From a virus (lineage: Duplodnaviria; Caudoviricetes): a DNA stretch of 64,000 nucleotides. Made by a program: the position numbers and the translations under genes. The stretch's first letter is position 1. The number at the start of each line of letters is the position of its first letter. Below the pieces are notes generated by a model. It was not told the origin of the DNA. It saw only the letters and a list, made by a program, of their open reading frames with translations, and ran no database searches. Shown piece after piece: positions 27,114 to 38,109 of this stretch. The stretch is taken from positions 2,221-66,220 of the IMG/VR virus record IMGVR_UViG_3300021185_002143; one strand, written 5' to 3'.

Positions 27114-27883
27114 GGGTTGAGGTCTTGCCAGCACCGTGCCATCTCGTGGAATAACTCCCTCGGTCTGTAGAACTGCTCTAGTTTGGAGATGTCTAGGATG
27201 TTATTTACCAATGCTAACCCCTGACTGTGTTGCAGTTGCTCCCCTGTCATTGGTGGCTTTGCGTCTATTCCCAAGCAGCTAGCAACCTGCTGAATGGTTC
27301 CGTATCCACGTTGTGCCACGTTGAAGACGCCACACTGGTCTGCATTCAATAGTGCTGTGGTTGCCTCCACGATTGTCGCCGTGCTCGTGAATGAGTTTAT
27401 TTCAGTGAGGTGCTGTGAGAATTTTGGCAGCTTGCTGAGCAGGTTGTTTTTGTCTGGCAAGTCGCTGAAATAGAGGCGTGGCCTCAGGATCAAGTCTTTT
27501 GGACTGCACTCATACTCGGCTGCCAACTTGCTAACAACATACCTGCAATGGGATGCTGTGAATGAATCTTCATTTTGTGGTGAATTGTTCTGATCATAAA
27601 CACATCCCGTGGAGATGTGGACAAGCTTCTTGCCATGGCTCTGACAGTAATCAGACAATGCGCCAACAAGAGTTGTATTTACGGACATGACGCGAGGCCA
27701 GTTCTCCGCTCGCTCACAACCGCGTGTGTCTGCAATCCCAATACAATTGATAATTGTATTGTATCTTTCTAGGGTGTCCAATTCACACGGCCATATAAAT
27801 TCTCTGCGACTATATACTTCGTATCCTTGTCGTTGAAACTCATTACCGAGGAAGCCTCTCCCCAAAACAATTGTATCCTTCAT
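27110..27883 (-). CDS. RmlD-like NAD(P)-dependent nucleotide-sugar reductase/epimerase
   Basis: VLGRGFLG Rossmann motif, IINCIG, HISTGCVY, catalytic YVVSK. Confidence 0.85.
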   Translation of the reverse strand: MKDTIVLGRGFLGNEFQRQGYEVYSRREFIWPCELDTLERYNTIINCIGIADTRGCERAENWPRVMSVNTTLVGALSDYCQSHGKKLVHISTGCVYDQNNSPQNEDSFTASHCRYVVSKLAAEYECSPKDLILRPRLYFSDLPDKNNLLSKLPKFSQHLTEINSFTSTATIVEATTALLNADQCGVFNVAQRGYGTIQQVASCLGIDAKPPMTGEQLQHSQGLALVNNILDISKLEQFYRPRELFHEMARCWQDLNP

Positions 27884-28386
27884 TTTTCTATGCAGTTAAA
27901 GTTACTCGCCAAGACTTCGTCGGGATTAATTAAACTAACGAACTCAGGGGTCTGCGAATAAACCATAGCTGCAATTCTGTTTTTTAGTTTTGTAGTTGAC
28001 CACCCATGTGACCTTGTCGTGTATATGGTTTTGATTGGTAAGTCGCTCCCTGTGAAATCCTTTCCGATATAGTCCTCTCCGAGGATACGGACATTGCACT
28101 GGAAGAACACAATCAACTCATACAGCTCCTCCTCTGTTTGATAGCAATAAACCTCATCAATATAGCGAATGGATTTGAGGGTTTTGTATCTCTCATAATA
28201 TGGGATGACTGGTCTATATTTTGTGTTTCGGGTCTGTGAGGGGTCTTTCTGTAGGAACACAATAAAACGATCACAGTGTCTCTTTGCCTCCTCGAAGGTG
28301 ACAGTGTAGCCATAATGCAAGAGGTCAAAGTTTCCTGCCGTAAAGCCCACTAACGGGGTGTTATTTACCTGAGGAGATATTTCCAT
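27880..28386 (-). CDS. TagD-like cytidylyltransferase
   Basis: GNFDLLHYGY (HxGH variant), ER...L..IRYIDEV, GEDY, R..GWSTT. Confidence 0.88.
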   Translation of the reverse strand: MEISPQVNNTPLVGFTAGNFDLLHYGYTVTFEEAKRHCDRFIVFLQKDPSQTRNTKYRPVIPYYERYKTLKSIRYIDEVYCYQTEEELYELIVFFQCNVRILGEDYIGKDFTGSDLPIKTIYTTRSHGWSTTKLKNRIAAMVYSQTPEFVSLINPDEVLASNFNCIEK

Positions 28387-29470
28387 CGTTCTCTTTGCTG
28401 TATCTCTCGCCAGTATCGTGTGAATACCACGGGCGTGGTAGCTGCCGCAGGTGCCCTACACATTCACCTTCGATTTCATGACCTGTGGTAATGTGAATGT
28501 ACTTGTTTTTCTCCTCTCGGTGTCGAATCACATGGTCGCATGGGCAATGTGGTATTGCAGCAATTTTAATCCCACGAGGTTGCCAACCACTCCATACAAC
28601 AAATAGGTCTTCCGTGCCACTACCATCATAGCCACTCCAGTCGCACAGAGCCAGTGCCTCTTTATTCATCATCGTGCATCCGAACCCACACCAATCTGAA
28701 GGCACAACAGCCCCTAGACCGATGGCTGGGTATGCGTTATCAAACCAACCACGCTGTCTCCACTTCTTAGCATTTAGTGCAAACACATTTTCCTTAGGCT
28801 GTATTTTGTCTATTTCTTTTTCGGCTGCACGAAGCTTTTCTATTAGATCCTCTGGTGGTCGTTTATGTTTTTGACTATATTTATCGCAGCGGTCGCGGAG
28901 CTTAGTGACCTTATTTAAGAGCCGTGCTGGAACATCCTTTTCATCTTCATAAAAGCACGGAAGGATTGGTCGCTGGGGCGTTCCTCTACCACATAAAAAG
29001 GAACCACCACCTTGGCTTGGGTATGGGCACGCTGCCACGCCGTAGTAACCATTATCAAATTCCAGCATATCAATCATGCACCGTAGTGCGTTGCTTGGTG
29101 GGAGCACGTCGCTGTCCATGCTTAAACAGTATTCCGCTCCCCATGCAACAGCCCTGCTTGTGGCCACAGTTCTTAGCTGAGCAATAAGAAGCTGGGTGGC
29201 ATTGTCGTAATTTTTATCACCCGCTTGTAGACCATCGTGGTGCAACAACTCGACCTTAGCATCTGGAAGCAGTTTCTCATATTCTTTGACTGCTTTGAGG
29301 TTTCCCTCTGATCCATCCCCCACGACAATAATCAAAAGTTTAAGGTCGCGATCACACGCAGCCACACAACTCTGGATGCGCCTCGCTTGTGCTGTCATGG
29401 CGTATGTATATCCCTCGGTACCACATGTATATATAGCTAATCTGGTTTTTTTAGTAGGCATTGGATACAT
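28361..29470 (-). CDS. GT-A fold glycosyltransferase
   Basis: MDSDV (DxD) motif, GFGCTMM, GTEDL, C-terminal CDH. Confidence 0.75.
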   Translation of the reverse strand: MYPMPTKKTRLAIYTCGTEGYTYAMTAQARRIQSCVAACDRDLKLLIIVVGDGSEGNLKAVKEYEKLLPDAKVELLHHDGLQAGDKNYDNATQLLIAQLRTVATSRAVAWGAEYCLSMDSDVLPPSNALRCMIDMLEFDNGYYGVAACPYPSQGGGSFLCGRGTPQRPILPCFYEDEKDVPARLLNKVTKLRDRCDKYSQKHKRPPEDLIEKLRAAEKEIDKIQPKENVFALNAKKWRQRGWFDNAYPAIGLGAVVPSDWCGFGCTMMNKEALALCDWSGYDGSGTEDLFVVWSGWQPRGIKIAAIPHCPCDHVIRHREEKNKYIHITTGHEIEGECVGHLRQLPRPWYSHDTGERYSKENDGNISSGK

Positions 29471-31235
29471 AAGGTATTACATCTTGGTAGAATTGCAAAC
29501 CCGATCTTCCATACTGGTAAAGTATTTCTGCTTCTAGTTGTATTCCTATACCTTGAGGGATATCCATACTATACATACTGAAGGTGCCTATAATGGACTG
29601 CCCGAAAAAATCAAGTTCTTGGGTTATAGTGGCATTAGTTGCTGTGAGTCGTGTACTATAGCTAGATGATACTCCATCAGACGAAATCTTAGTGCTTGTA
29701 ATGTCTAAACCTGATCTAAGGTATAGTGTTTGCTTGCTGTTAAAGGTGTTGTCGCGACCCAAATTAATAGTCAATATTGGGCTAGGGGAAGCCTGAGCGT
29801 TGGTTGTAAGAATCGTATCATAATCAAGTAGAAAAAAATTATAACTAAAAGTCTCTTCATACGTGTTTGGGGAGTCTTCTTTTTCTGCAAGTTTAAATGT
29901 ATAAGTGGCAAACTTATCGGAGCGTGTGCTGGTCGATCCCCCACCAGCTAGATTCCGCACTACCGTGGATGAATAAGTAGCAAGCAAAGTGGATTCAGTG
30001 TGTGACCTCTTTGTATCGTCCGTGTCGGTGGGGGCAGACCATGACATAGTCGCACCATGCGGCAATTGGCATCCTGTGTGAATGGCTTGTGGACCTTCAA
30101 ATTCTATGTTAGCGGTAAGATTATTCGTGTTTGGCAGGTTGGACTCATCCCAAGTCTGACCAGAGGATTGCATAGTTAGGGATTTGTAGATGGGTGCAGT
30201 GGTGTTGAATCCTGCACCAAACCCTACCAATCCCGTTTTGTTTTGGGGGCTCTTAATAACCCAAGCTGGTTGTTGATCAAAAAATGCGCCATCGTCATAA
30301 CTCAGAACAGGAGACGGGTAATCTGTGAAATCTGAATGTAAAACAACTGACGTAGATGTACTGATTTTGGTATAGATTTCATCAAATTTATACCAAGCAG
30401 TATCCCCAGTCCTTTTTCGAGGGGCTTGATACAAGACGCCATCCACGTTACCAATGTAATGGTATTCCGTAGATCCTACGTTTTCTACTATATCTCTCGT
30501 TCGGCTGCTTATACTGCTAGAGGTAACTGTTATAGGGTTGTTATAATCGGGATAAGTTCCCGATCCTTCTAGTCTCGCAGTGGTGGTAGTACAAGCCCCC
30601 CCAACCATAGTCGGGATTCTGGTTATCCTTACTGAGGATATACTTAAGGCTGTTGTGGTGCGTGGTATATTGTCAATCTGTTGATATGTTGTAAATGCGT
30701 TACCTTGGTCCCAACTTGTAAAACCAACAGGAGCATATTTTTGGACGGAATATCTTCCTTGGAACGTATAAGTATCATCATATTTGTAACATCGACCGAC
30801 GTTATACAGGGTTTCGGGTTTGTTTCATCCTACGGCTTCCCCTTCCGATCCGAGACCAGTTGCTGGTTCAAGATCAGTATTGGGGGCGTTTAGATCTGAG
30901 CCAGCAACCTCTGCCCCATTATGTTGACATTGGTTTGTTGTAACATACGACCGCCGTGTAGTATATCGTGTGCCAACGTAACCATATGGATACCAACCAA
31001 AATAGTAATTTATTTTTGTTCGGTATACGCCATAGTTCCAGTATGTACCACCGTTTCGTTTTACCGAAGACATCCGTACATTTGTGTCTATGACCCGTAT
31101 AGTTTTACCAATTTCACCGACGCTCCAATAATGTTCTGATGTGCCTGTGCATCTTCTTCCTTCAGCATACGTGCCGCCCCCCCAACTACTGCTACCGCTG
31201 GTATAGTTTTCTACATAATTGATATAGTTTAACAT
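29451..31235 (-). CDS. Thr/Ser/Tyr-rich putative tail or receptor-binding protein, interrupted by a single in-frame TGA at 30825-30827
   Basis: Track ORFs 30825-31235 and 29451-30608 are in the same frame; the gap translates openly (EAVG*NKPETLYNVGRCYKY...RIPTMVGG). Confidence 0.7.
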
Positions 31236-31768
31236 TACGTTCCGACTTTTAATTTGTAATATGGCTCATACACCACTCTCCCAGTGCTATTATATACTCT
31301 AAAAGCCTCGTACCCTTCTAACGTAAATGATGTGCTATAAGTACTACAACCAGACTGGCCTCTCCAAACACCTATCAAAACTAAAATTCGGGCTGGGAGC
31401 CCATCTTTTGAGGATGGGTCCATTTGTTCTAATGGGGGGAGTCCTGTATCTAGCGAATAGGAAACACTACTAGCTTGCCCGTCAGTAAAACTTACATCTG
31501 CAAAAATATAGATTGATTCTTCGTCTTCTATCAGTGAAGTGGCGACAGGTAAGCCTTGATCCCAATCCGTGTTAAGGACATTGTTAATGGTGCCCGCGCC
31601 AACTTTGATATAATATTCTGGGATATCCGCGTCTCCTTCGTTAATTAGACTTAGTTCAAATGGAGAGCATTTAGATGATTCAATCGAACGACCACTTGGT
31701 GGGTGGCTAACTATTGGATCAGGTTGGTAGTAACCAGTAGGTCCTCCGTTGTAATCAGGATATGGCAT
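31235..31768 (-). CDS. Hypothetical structural (tail) protein
   Basis: 177 aa, beta-rich, coupled within the tail operon. Confidence 0.55.
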   Translation of the reverse strand: MPYPDYNGGPTGYYQPDPIVSHPPSGRSIESSKCSPFELSLINEGDADIPEYYIKVGAGTINNVLNTDWDQGLPVATSLIEDEESIYIFADVSFTDGQASSVSYSLDTGLPPLEQMDPSSKDGLPARILVLIGVWRGQSGCSTYSTSFTLEGYEAFRVYNSTGRVVYEPYYKLKVGT

Positions 31769-34700
31769 CGGATTGAACTGGTGGTTTACAAGTTACTGTT
31801 TTCTTAAGGAAACCCCCTTGGAACGGGGACACTTCGTCTGAGATCACAACATCCACCCATTGCGTTTGTGAGGTAGCTGGGATTGTGTCGTCCCATGTGT
31901 TGTATTCCCATTCCTCACTTGTAGTGCCAGTAGTACCTGTAAAGGTAATAGCCTGATGCAGACAGGGTGGTATACTTACCCTGAACAATGGGGTCACGTA
32001 GAAAACAGGAGTCGTCTTCAGGAATGGCCCGACCGATGACTGTCCTGTTGGTGCTTCCTTAGACCATGTCTCGGTCACGATAGCTCGGCAGGGCCCACTA
32101 TACTCTTCCTCTTTGTATGTAGGGAAATATGAAAAAACATCGGTGCCATCTCTCCGAAAAAAGGTTTTTGGATGTAGTTGTTCTAGAACAGCTGGCCATC
32201 TTTTGTTGACGGTGCTCTCATACGTAATGGAAGGTTCTGGGCTGAATACTGTCCTGTCAATTCTATATACCACATCTGTCGAATTATTATATACCGACGT
32301 ATTTCTTACTTCCTCGTTATTCGCTGGACTTGAATTAGGTGTTTTATCATATTTAGTGAATGTTTCACTAATGAAATATTGATTGGTCTCCTTAGCTGAA
32401 GTGAACTCTACCGTGTTTGGGACAGGTGTCTCTTCGTCAATCTGAAACACTTGAACCGAAGATCCTGACACCTCACCTCTGTAAACTGCTCTGATTCGAT
32501 TGATCTTATTAGCGTCACTGGCGACTCCAGTATCGTTAAAATAAGTTCTGATTTCTAGGTGACCCCAAGGGACAGATGAATTGACTGCATACTCATAGTC
32601 GGAGTTAGGTTCTATGTCTGTAACTTCATCGACTTGGTATACTTCGGTGGTGCCATCATTGTACACCAATCTAGAATTACCAGTGCTTGTTAAGTCCCCC
32701 TCGGTAGCGAACTTAGACTTAGTAGTAATCGTGGCGTATATAGTGGACTCTTTAGTCTCTCCGTTATCTGCCGATTTAAATGCAAGATCTTCTACGTCTA
32801 CTTGGTATATGATTTGGCCCCCACCACGGTAAACCACCCTCGATCTACCAATGCCCCCAGTGACTTCTGAGCTCTGACTATATGTGCCAGTTGTCGTTAG
32901 TGTTCCGTATAAACGGGCTTCTTTAGTCTCACCAGCATCTGTGTTGGAACTTACTGTTGTCGTCTCTTCATCAACTTGGTAGATAACAATACCACCTCCA
33001 CGGTAAGCTACACGTGAACTACCAGTTTCTGTGGCAATGTCAGGAGAAAGTCTGAACTCACTTGAAGTAGTTATGTCAGCAAAGACAGTCTGTTGTTTTG
33101 TCTGCCCAGCGTCTGGGTTGGAAGGTAAAGCTGCTACTTCGTTATCAATTTGGTAGAGGATAATACCACCACCTCGGTAAACTACACGAGAACTTCCAGT
33201 GTCACCTGTGACATCACCAGACTGTGCATATGTACTGGTTGTGGTGATAACTGCAGAAGCTGTTTTTTGTATGGTCTCACCAGCATCTGTGTTGGAACTT
33301 ACCGTTGTCGTCTCTTCATCAACTTGGTAGATAACAATACCACCTCCACGGTAAGCTACACGTGAGCTACCAGTGTCTGTGTTGATCGTAGGAGAAAGTC
33401 TAAACTCACTAGCAGTAGATATGTCAGCAAAGACAGTCTGTTGTTTTGTCTCACCAGCGTCTGTGTTGGAAGGCAACTCGGCAACCTCGTTATCAATTTG
33501 ATAAATAGTTACTCCGCCACCTCGGTATACTACACGGGAGCTTCCAGTATCGCCTGTGACATCACTATACTGAGAAAATATGCTACTGGTAGTAATCACG
33601 GCAGAAGCTGTCTTCTGTATAGTTGTACCCGCGTCCGCATCTTCTTTGGCTACTACAGACTCCTCACTGACTTCATACACTTGTGTAGTGCCATCATCAT
33701 ATATAACCCGACTAGATCCCGTTTCCGACAGAACGTCTCCACTGGTTCGGTAAAACTTATTCGTAGTTATGGACGCGTAGATCTGCTCATTCTTCTCCTG
33801 ACCTGCGGAACCTTCTTTGATTGTAAATGTGTCCTCGTCCCTCTGGTAAATTTTTAGTGTGCCATCATCAAAAACAATCTGACTTCTAGTATTATTTTGT
33901 CCGACAATAGGCTCCGTTCCTGCTGATCGGTTTGTAGTAATCTTACCGTATGGTCTTGTCTCTACTTGTGATTCATACTCAAACCCAGTGAGCTCGGCGC
34001 TGCGCTGTTGCCTCTGCCATCCACGCTCATCAAATGACACGGTGTAATTACCTTCACCATCCTTGTCATCCTCTAGGGTGGACGTTTCAATAATCTTATA
34101 GCCAATGTTATACTGGTGCTCTTCTCTAAATGACCACCCTTTCCTAGCGTATATGTCGAGTATGACGCTGTAGTATGAGTCTATCTCAGCTGGTGTCTCT
34201 TGAGATATCCTACGTGTGGCGTACTCGTACTGACCATATTCTGGATCAGATGATCCTACAGATGGTTGTGGGAAAGCTCCGACTTGATCGCGTGGAACGA
34301 TCCACGTGCGGGTTACAGTTAAACCCCCTTCCTGAAGCGTGAAGTTACCTTCCTGATTCTGGGTGTCTGGTGTCTTGGCGTATATCCGCTCTTCTGAAAC
34401 ATACAGGGAAGAAAGGGTCTCGTCTTCGATTGGACGTTGTAATCGGTCTACGAGCAGGTAGTTACCTGTAAACTTATTCGAGGGGTCAGAAGGCATTGCT
34501 GCCCCTACCTCTGGGGAATTAGGATCATATGAGTCACGGAGAACGACGTAGCTGCGACGTACTAAGGATACACGGACTCCTCCTATATCTACAAAGGACT
34601 CAGAGAAGTTATACTGGTCTTCATTGAACCTATCGCGGGCGTAGTAATACTTGTAAAAGTCGCCAATGTTGTCGTTGGGAACTGCGGCTACAAACTTATG

Positions 34701-35591
34701 ATCCGTAAATTCTGAGTGAGCTTCCCCAAACTCAGGTAAGGGAGATGGTTCTAGCTTTTCGTTTTTACGATCTACTAACTCATAGAAGACAAAGTCATTC
34801 TGGTTGGGCGTCAGGTAAAGAAAAACCCTGCGTTCGTTGGCATCGCCATTCTGTATAGAGGAAACATAGAACCACTCCTCGGATACTTGCTCAATTGTTT
34901 TGTGAGAACCTGTATCCTCATCTATGTCCCAGAAACTATTTGACTCATCCGCCAGCAGACTACCTACACTTAAGCTTGATCCCTCAGGGGTCTCGTCACG
35001 GTGAAGGAGGTTGGTCGTTGTAAATATATGAGCGCCTGTGTTCTTATCATACGCTGTCGTGGTGATAGGAACTCTCTTTAGGTAGAGACATTTTTCCAGA
35101 ACGAACATAGAGTCCATCTCGTCTGGGTTTCTCTTTGAAGAAATACCTACTGTTTCGCCGACTCGTGATTGCTCCCTAGAAATTAGGGTATACTCGTCTG
35201 TTTCGTCAAATGGGTCTGCCTCTACGATGGGCATCGGCGAGCCCAGTGCTGGGGAATCCTCATCATACTCTGACCGTAGAGTAATATAGGTACGTATTAC
35301 CTGATCGTAGGTTCCAGACTTGTGGTTAACAGTCGAGTGCTCAAAGTTGTAATCATCCTGATGATCACGTTTAGCAGCATAATAGTAAAAGTAGGTCTGC
35401 CCTTCTTCATCTGCTTGGACCGCTTGAGTAAAGAAATGGTTAGGATACTTCCTAAAATCAGGGTGTGGGTCTCCATATTCAGGTATAGATTCCTGAATAC
35501 GTTGCTTATCTACTTTCTCGTAGAATAAGAAATCTTCGTTACGTGGGCTAACGAAGATAGAGAAACGCTGACGTTGGCTACTCAGAGGCAT
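31755..35591 (-). CDS. Large repeat-containing tail/structural protein
   Basis: 1278 aa; repeated N-terminal modules (F.FYE.V...YYYA..R..QD.YNF) and 58-aa repeats (DAG.T...TGSSRV.YRGGG..IYQ.D.E). Confidence 0.7.
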   Translation of the reverse strand: MPLSSQRQRFSIFVSPRNEDFLFYEKVDKQRIQESIPEYGDPHPDFRKYPNHFFTQAVQADEEGQTYFYYYAAKRDHQDDYNFEHSTVNHKSGTYDQVIRTYITLRSEYDEDSPALGSPMPIVEADPFDETDEYTLISREQSRVGETVGISSKRNPDEMDSMFVLEKCLYLKRVPITTTAYDKNTGAHIFTTTNLLHRDETPEGSSLSVGSLLADESNSFWDIDEDTGSHKTIEQVSEEWFYVSSIQNGDANERRVFLYLTPNQNDFVFYELVDRKNEKLEPSPLPEFGEAHSEFTDHKFVAAVPNDNIGDFYKYYYARDRFNEDQYNFSESFVDIGGVRVSLVRRSYVVLRDSYDPNSPEVGAAMPSDPSNKFTGNYLLVDRLQRPIEDETLSSLYVSEERIYAKTPDTQNQEGNFTLQEGGLTVTRTWIVPRDQVGAFPQPSVGSSDPEYGQYEYATRRISQETPAEIDSYYSVILDIYARKGWSFREEHQYNIGYKIIETSTLEDDKDGEGNYTVSFDERGWQRQQRSAELTGFEYESQVETRPYGKITTNRSAGTEPIVGQNNTRSQIVFDDGTLKIYQRDEDTFTIKEGSAGQEKNEQIYASITTNKFYRTSGDVLSETGSSRVIYDDGTTQVYEVSEESVVAKEDADAGTTIQKTASAVITTSSIFSQYSDVTGDTGSSRVVYRGGGVTIYQIDNEVAELPSNTDAGETKQQTVFADISTASEFRLSPTINTDTGSSRVAYRGGGIVIYQVDEETTTVSSNTDAGETIQKTASAVITTTSTYAQSGDVTGDTGSSRVVYRGGGIILYQIDNEVAALPSNPDAGQTKQQTVFADITTSSEFRLSPDIATETGSSRVAYRGGGIVIYQVDEETTTVSSNTDAGETKEARLYGTLTTTGTYSQSSEVTGGIGRSRVVYRGGGQIIYQVDVEDLAFKSADNGETKESTIYATITTKSKFATEGDLTSTGNSRLVYNDGTTEVYQVDEVTDIEPNSDYEYAVNSSVPWGHLEIRTYFNDTGVASDANKINRIRAVYRGEVSGSSVQVFQIDEETPVPNTVEFTSAKETNQYFISETFTKYDKTPNSSPANNEEVRNTSVYNNSTDVVYRIDRTVFSPEPSITYESTVNKRWPAVLEQLHPKTFFRRDGTDVFSYFPTYKEEEYSGPCRAIVTETWSKEAPTGQSSVGPFLKTTPVFYVTPLFRVSIPPCLHQAITFTGTTGTTSEEWEYNTWDDTIPATSQTQWVDVVISDEVSPFQGGFLKKTVTCKPPVQSDAIS

Positions 35592-35634
35592 AGCAACATA
35601 CTACCTACTATTCTGAGAAAACCAATACAAAATT

Positions 35635-35925
35635 CTATGGCTTATTCTTAAACTCAGCAGCGAGCTTGTCAAGAGAATTGCTAAGTTTACTGTATGATTC
35701 CCTGTGCTCCTGCCTATCAGCGGTTCGTTCCTGTCGGTCTTCCTGTCTGGATTGTCGGTCCTCCTGTCTAAGGAGTCTATCTTCATCCATCATGTCTCCA
35801 AGAAAGATACGGTGGACTTCGTCTCTCTCGTTAATAGTTTTAAGGAATAACTTAGTTATAAAGTATAATCCACCTACAGCGACACCTATGGGGCCACCTT
35901 CCATTACAATACTTGTGATATCCAT
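35635..35925 (-). CDS. Holin-like single-TM membrane protein
   Basis: N-terminal TM segment (GPIGVAVGGLYFITKLFL), charged RQED repeats; next to the amidase. Confidence 0.55.
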   Translation of the reverse strand: MDITSIVMEGGPIGVAVGGLYFITKLFLKTINERDEVHRIFLGDMMDEDRLLRQEDRQSRQEDRQERTADRQEHRESYSKLSNSLDKLAAEFKNKP

Positions 35926-35926
35926 A

Positions 35927-36553
35927 TTATGATAAATTCATGTGCTTCTCAAGTCTAGCAACTCGCTCTTCTAAAGTCAATGGGGGCTTTGTATGTTGAC
36001 CAAATCCTAGGTATTTGCACACCCCATTAGCCACTGCACGAGCCATTTTATTGCGGTTATCCGCATCACCTATGAACTTCTCACCCAGTGGGTTATGTAT
36101 AAATTCACCCTCCATAAGAACGGCAGGGCAGTTTGCTCTACGGATAACAGAGAAATTTGCTTCTTTATCTAGGTCGCCATCAGACCAATCCATCCTAGCA
36201 AATTGTTTGGGAAACTCGGACGCGTGGGCTTCCCCAATACACGTGGCTAGCTTATCGGAGTTGTTGTCTTTCCTTGTGGTAAAGACCTCCCATCCATTGG
36301 CAAGGGCACTCTCAGCCGAATTAAAATGATATGATATAAATAGCGAACATCCTTCAGCATTACATATATCCGCTCTCTTGGTTAGGCTTAGGTATGTATC
36401 ATTGGTGCGAGTCATAACCACATCAACTACTGGGTCCAACATGACCTTGATGCGCTCACAAACATCGAGAGCCATGTCAGATTCTCTCAAACCTGATGGC
36501 CCCACGGCACCCACGTCATTACCTCCGTGACCTGCGTCTATACATACTTTCAC
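35927..36553 (-). CDS. Endolysin, N-acetylmuramoyl-L-alanine amidase (Amidase_3)
   Basis: IDAGHGG.D.GA, E, SLTKR...N, FISYHFNS, PAVLMEGEF. Confidence 0.93.
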   Translation of the reverse strand: MKVCIDAGHGGNDVGAVGPSGLRESDMALDVCERIKVMLDPVVDVVMTRTNDTYLSLTKRADICNAEGCSLFISYHFNSAESALANGWEVFTTRKDNNSDKLATCIGEAHASEFPKQFARMDWSDGDLDKEANFSVIRRANCPAVLMEGEFIHNPLGEKFIGDADNRNKMARAVANGVCKYLGFGQHTKPPLTLEERVARLEKHMNLS

Positions 36554-36726
36554 TTACCAGAGTAGTCTACTAGGACAGGATTGAAACCCACGTCTAGACC
36601 GCCCTTCGCAGAGTAATCAATGACTGCTTCACCACCCATTGATTGCCCGTCACCCAAGGTAACAGTGACATCAAAAGGTAGGCAGGAAGAAAGCGATAAT
36701 GCTAATAGTGCAATGATATACTTCAT
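36550..36726 (-). CDS. Small lipoprotein (spanin-like candidate)
   Basis: MKYIIALLALSLSSC lipobox signal peptide. Confidence 0.6.
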   Translation of the reverse strand: MKYIIALLALSLSSCLPFDVTVTLGDGQSMGGEAVIDYSAKGGLDVGFNPVLVDYSGK

Positions 36727-36730
36727 GAGA

Positions 36731-36904
36731 TTAGTCTTTCTTGAGGATGTTGATAGCCGCAATTAAGCTGACACCAGCCGTGACAATAGCTTCGATCTGT
36801 TCTGGCTGCAACTTGGCACCCACCAATGTAGCGACAACAATAAGTCCTCGCCATGTTGACTCTTGCTTGAGTCGGTTCAGTATTTCGTTTAGGGTCGTTT
36901 TCAT
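36731..36904 (-). CDS. Small two-TM holin-like protein (below ORF-track cutoff)
   Basis: Translated by hand: MKTTLNEILNRLKQESTWRGLIVVATLVGAKLQPEQIEAIVTAGVSLIAAINILKKD. Confidence 0.65.
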   Translation of the reverse strand: MKTTLNEILNRLKQESTWRGLIVVATLVGAKLQPEQIEAIVTAGVSLIAAINILKKD

Positions 36905-36912
36905 AATTTAGA

Positions 36913-38069
<1,157 letters not shown>

Positions 38070-38104
38070 GACCCATAGTGTAGGCTACAGGATCGAGGGT
38101 TCAA
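38070..38104 (-). promoter_or_regulatory. sigma70-like promoter TTGAAC-N16-TACACT, 7 nt before the sulfotransferase ATG
   Basis: Read directly. Confidence 0.55.
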
Positions 38105-38109
38105 GTTTT

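Noticed and set aside
30825-30827. Genome-wide TGA recoding or selenocysteine
   Set aside because: TGA ends many well-defined genes here, often in ATGA overlaps. No suppressor tRNA or convincing SECIS-like hairpin was seen, and the protein is not redox-enzyme-like.
29451-31235. Diversity-generating retroelement target
   Set aside because: No reverse transcriptase and no template/variable repeat pair were seen in the window.
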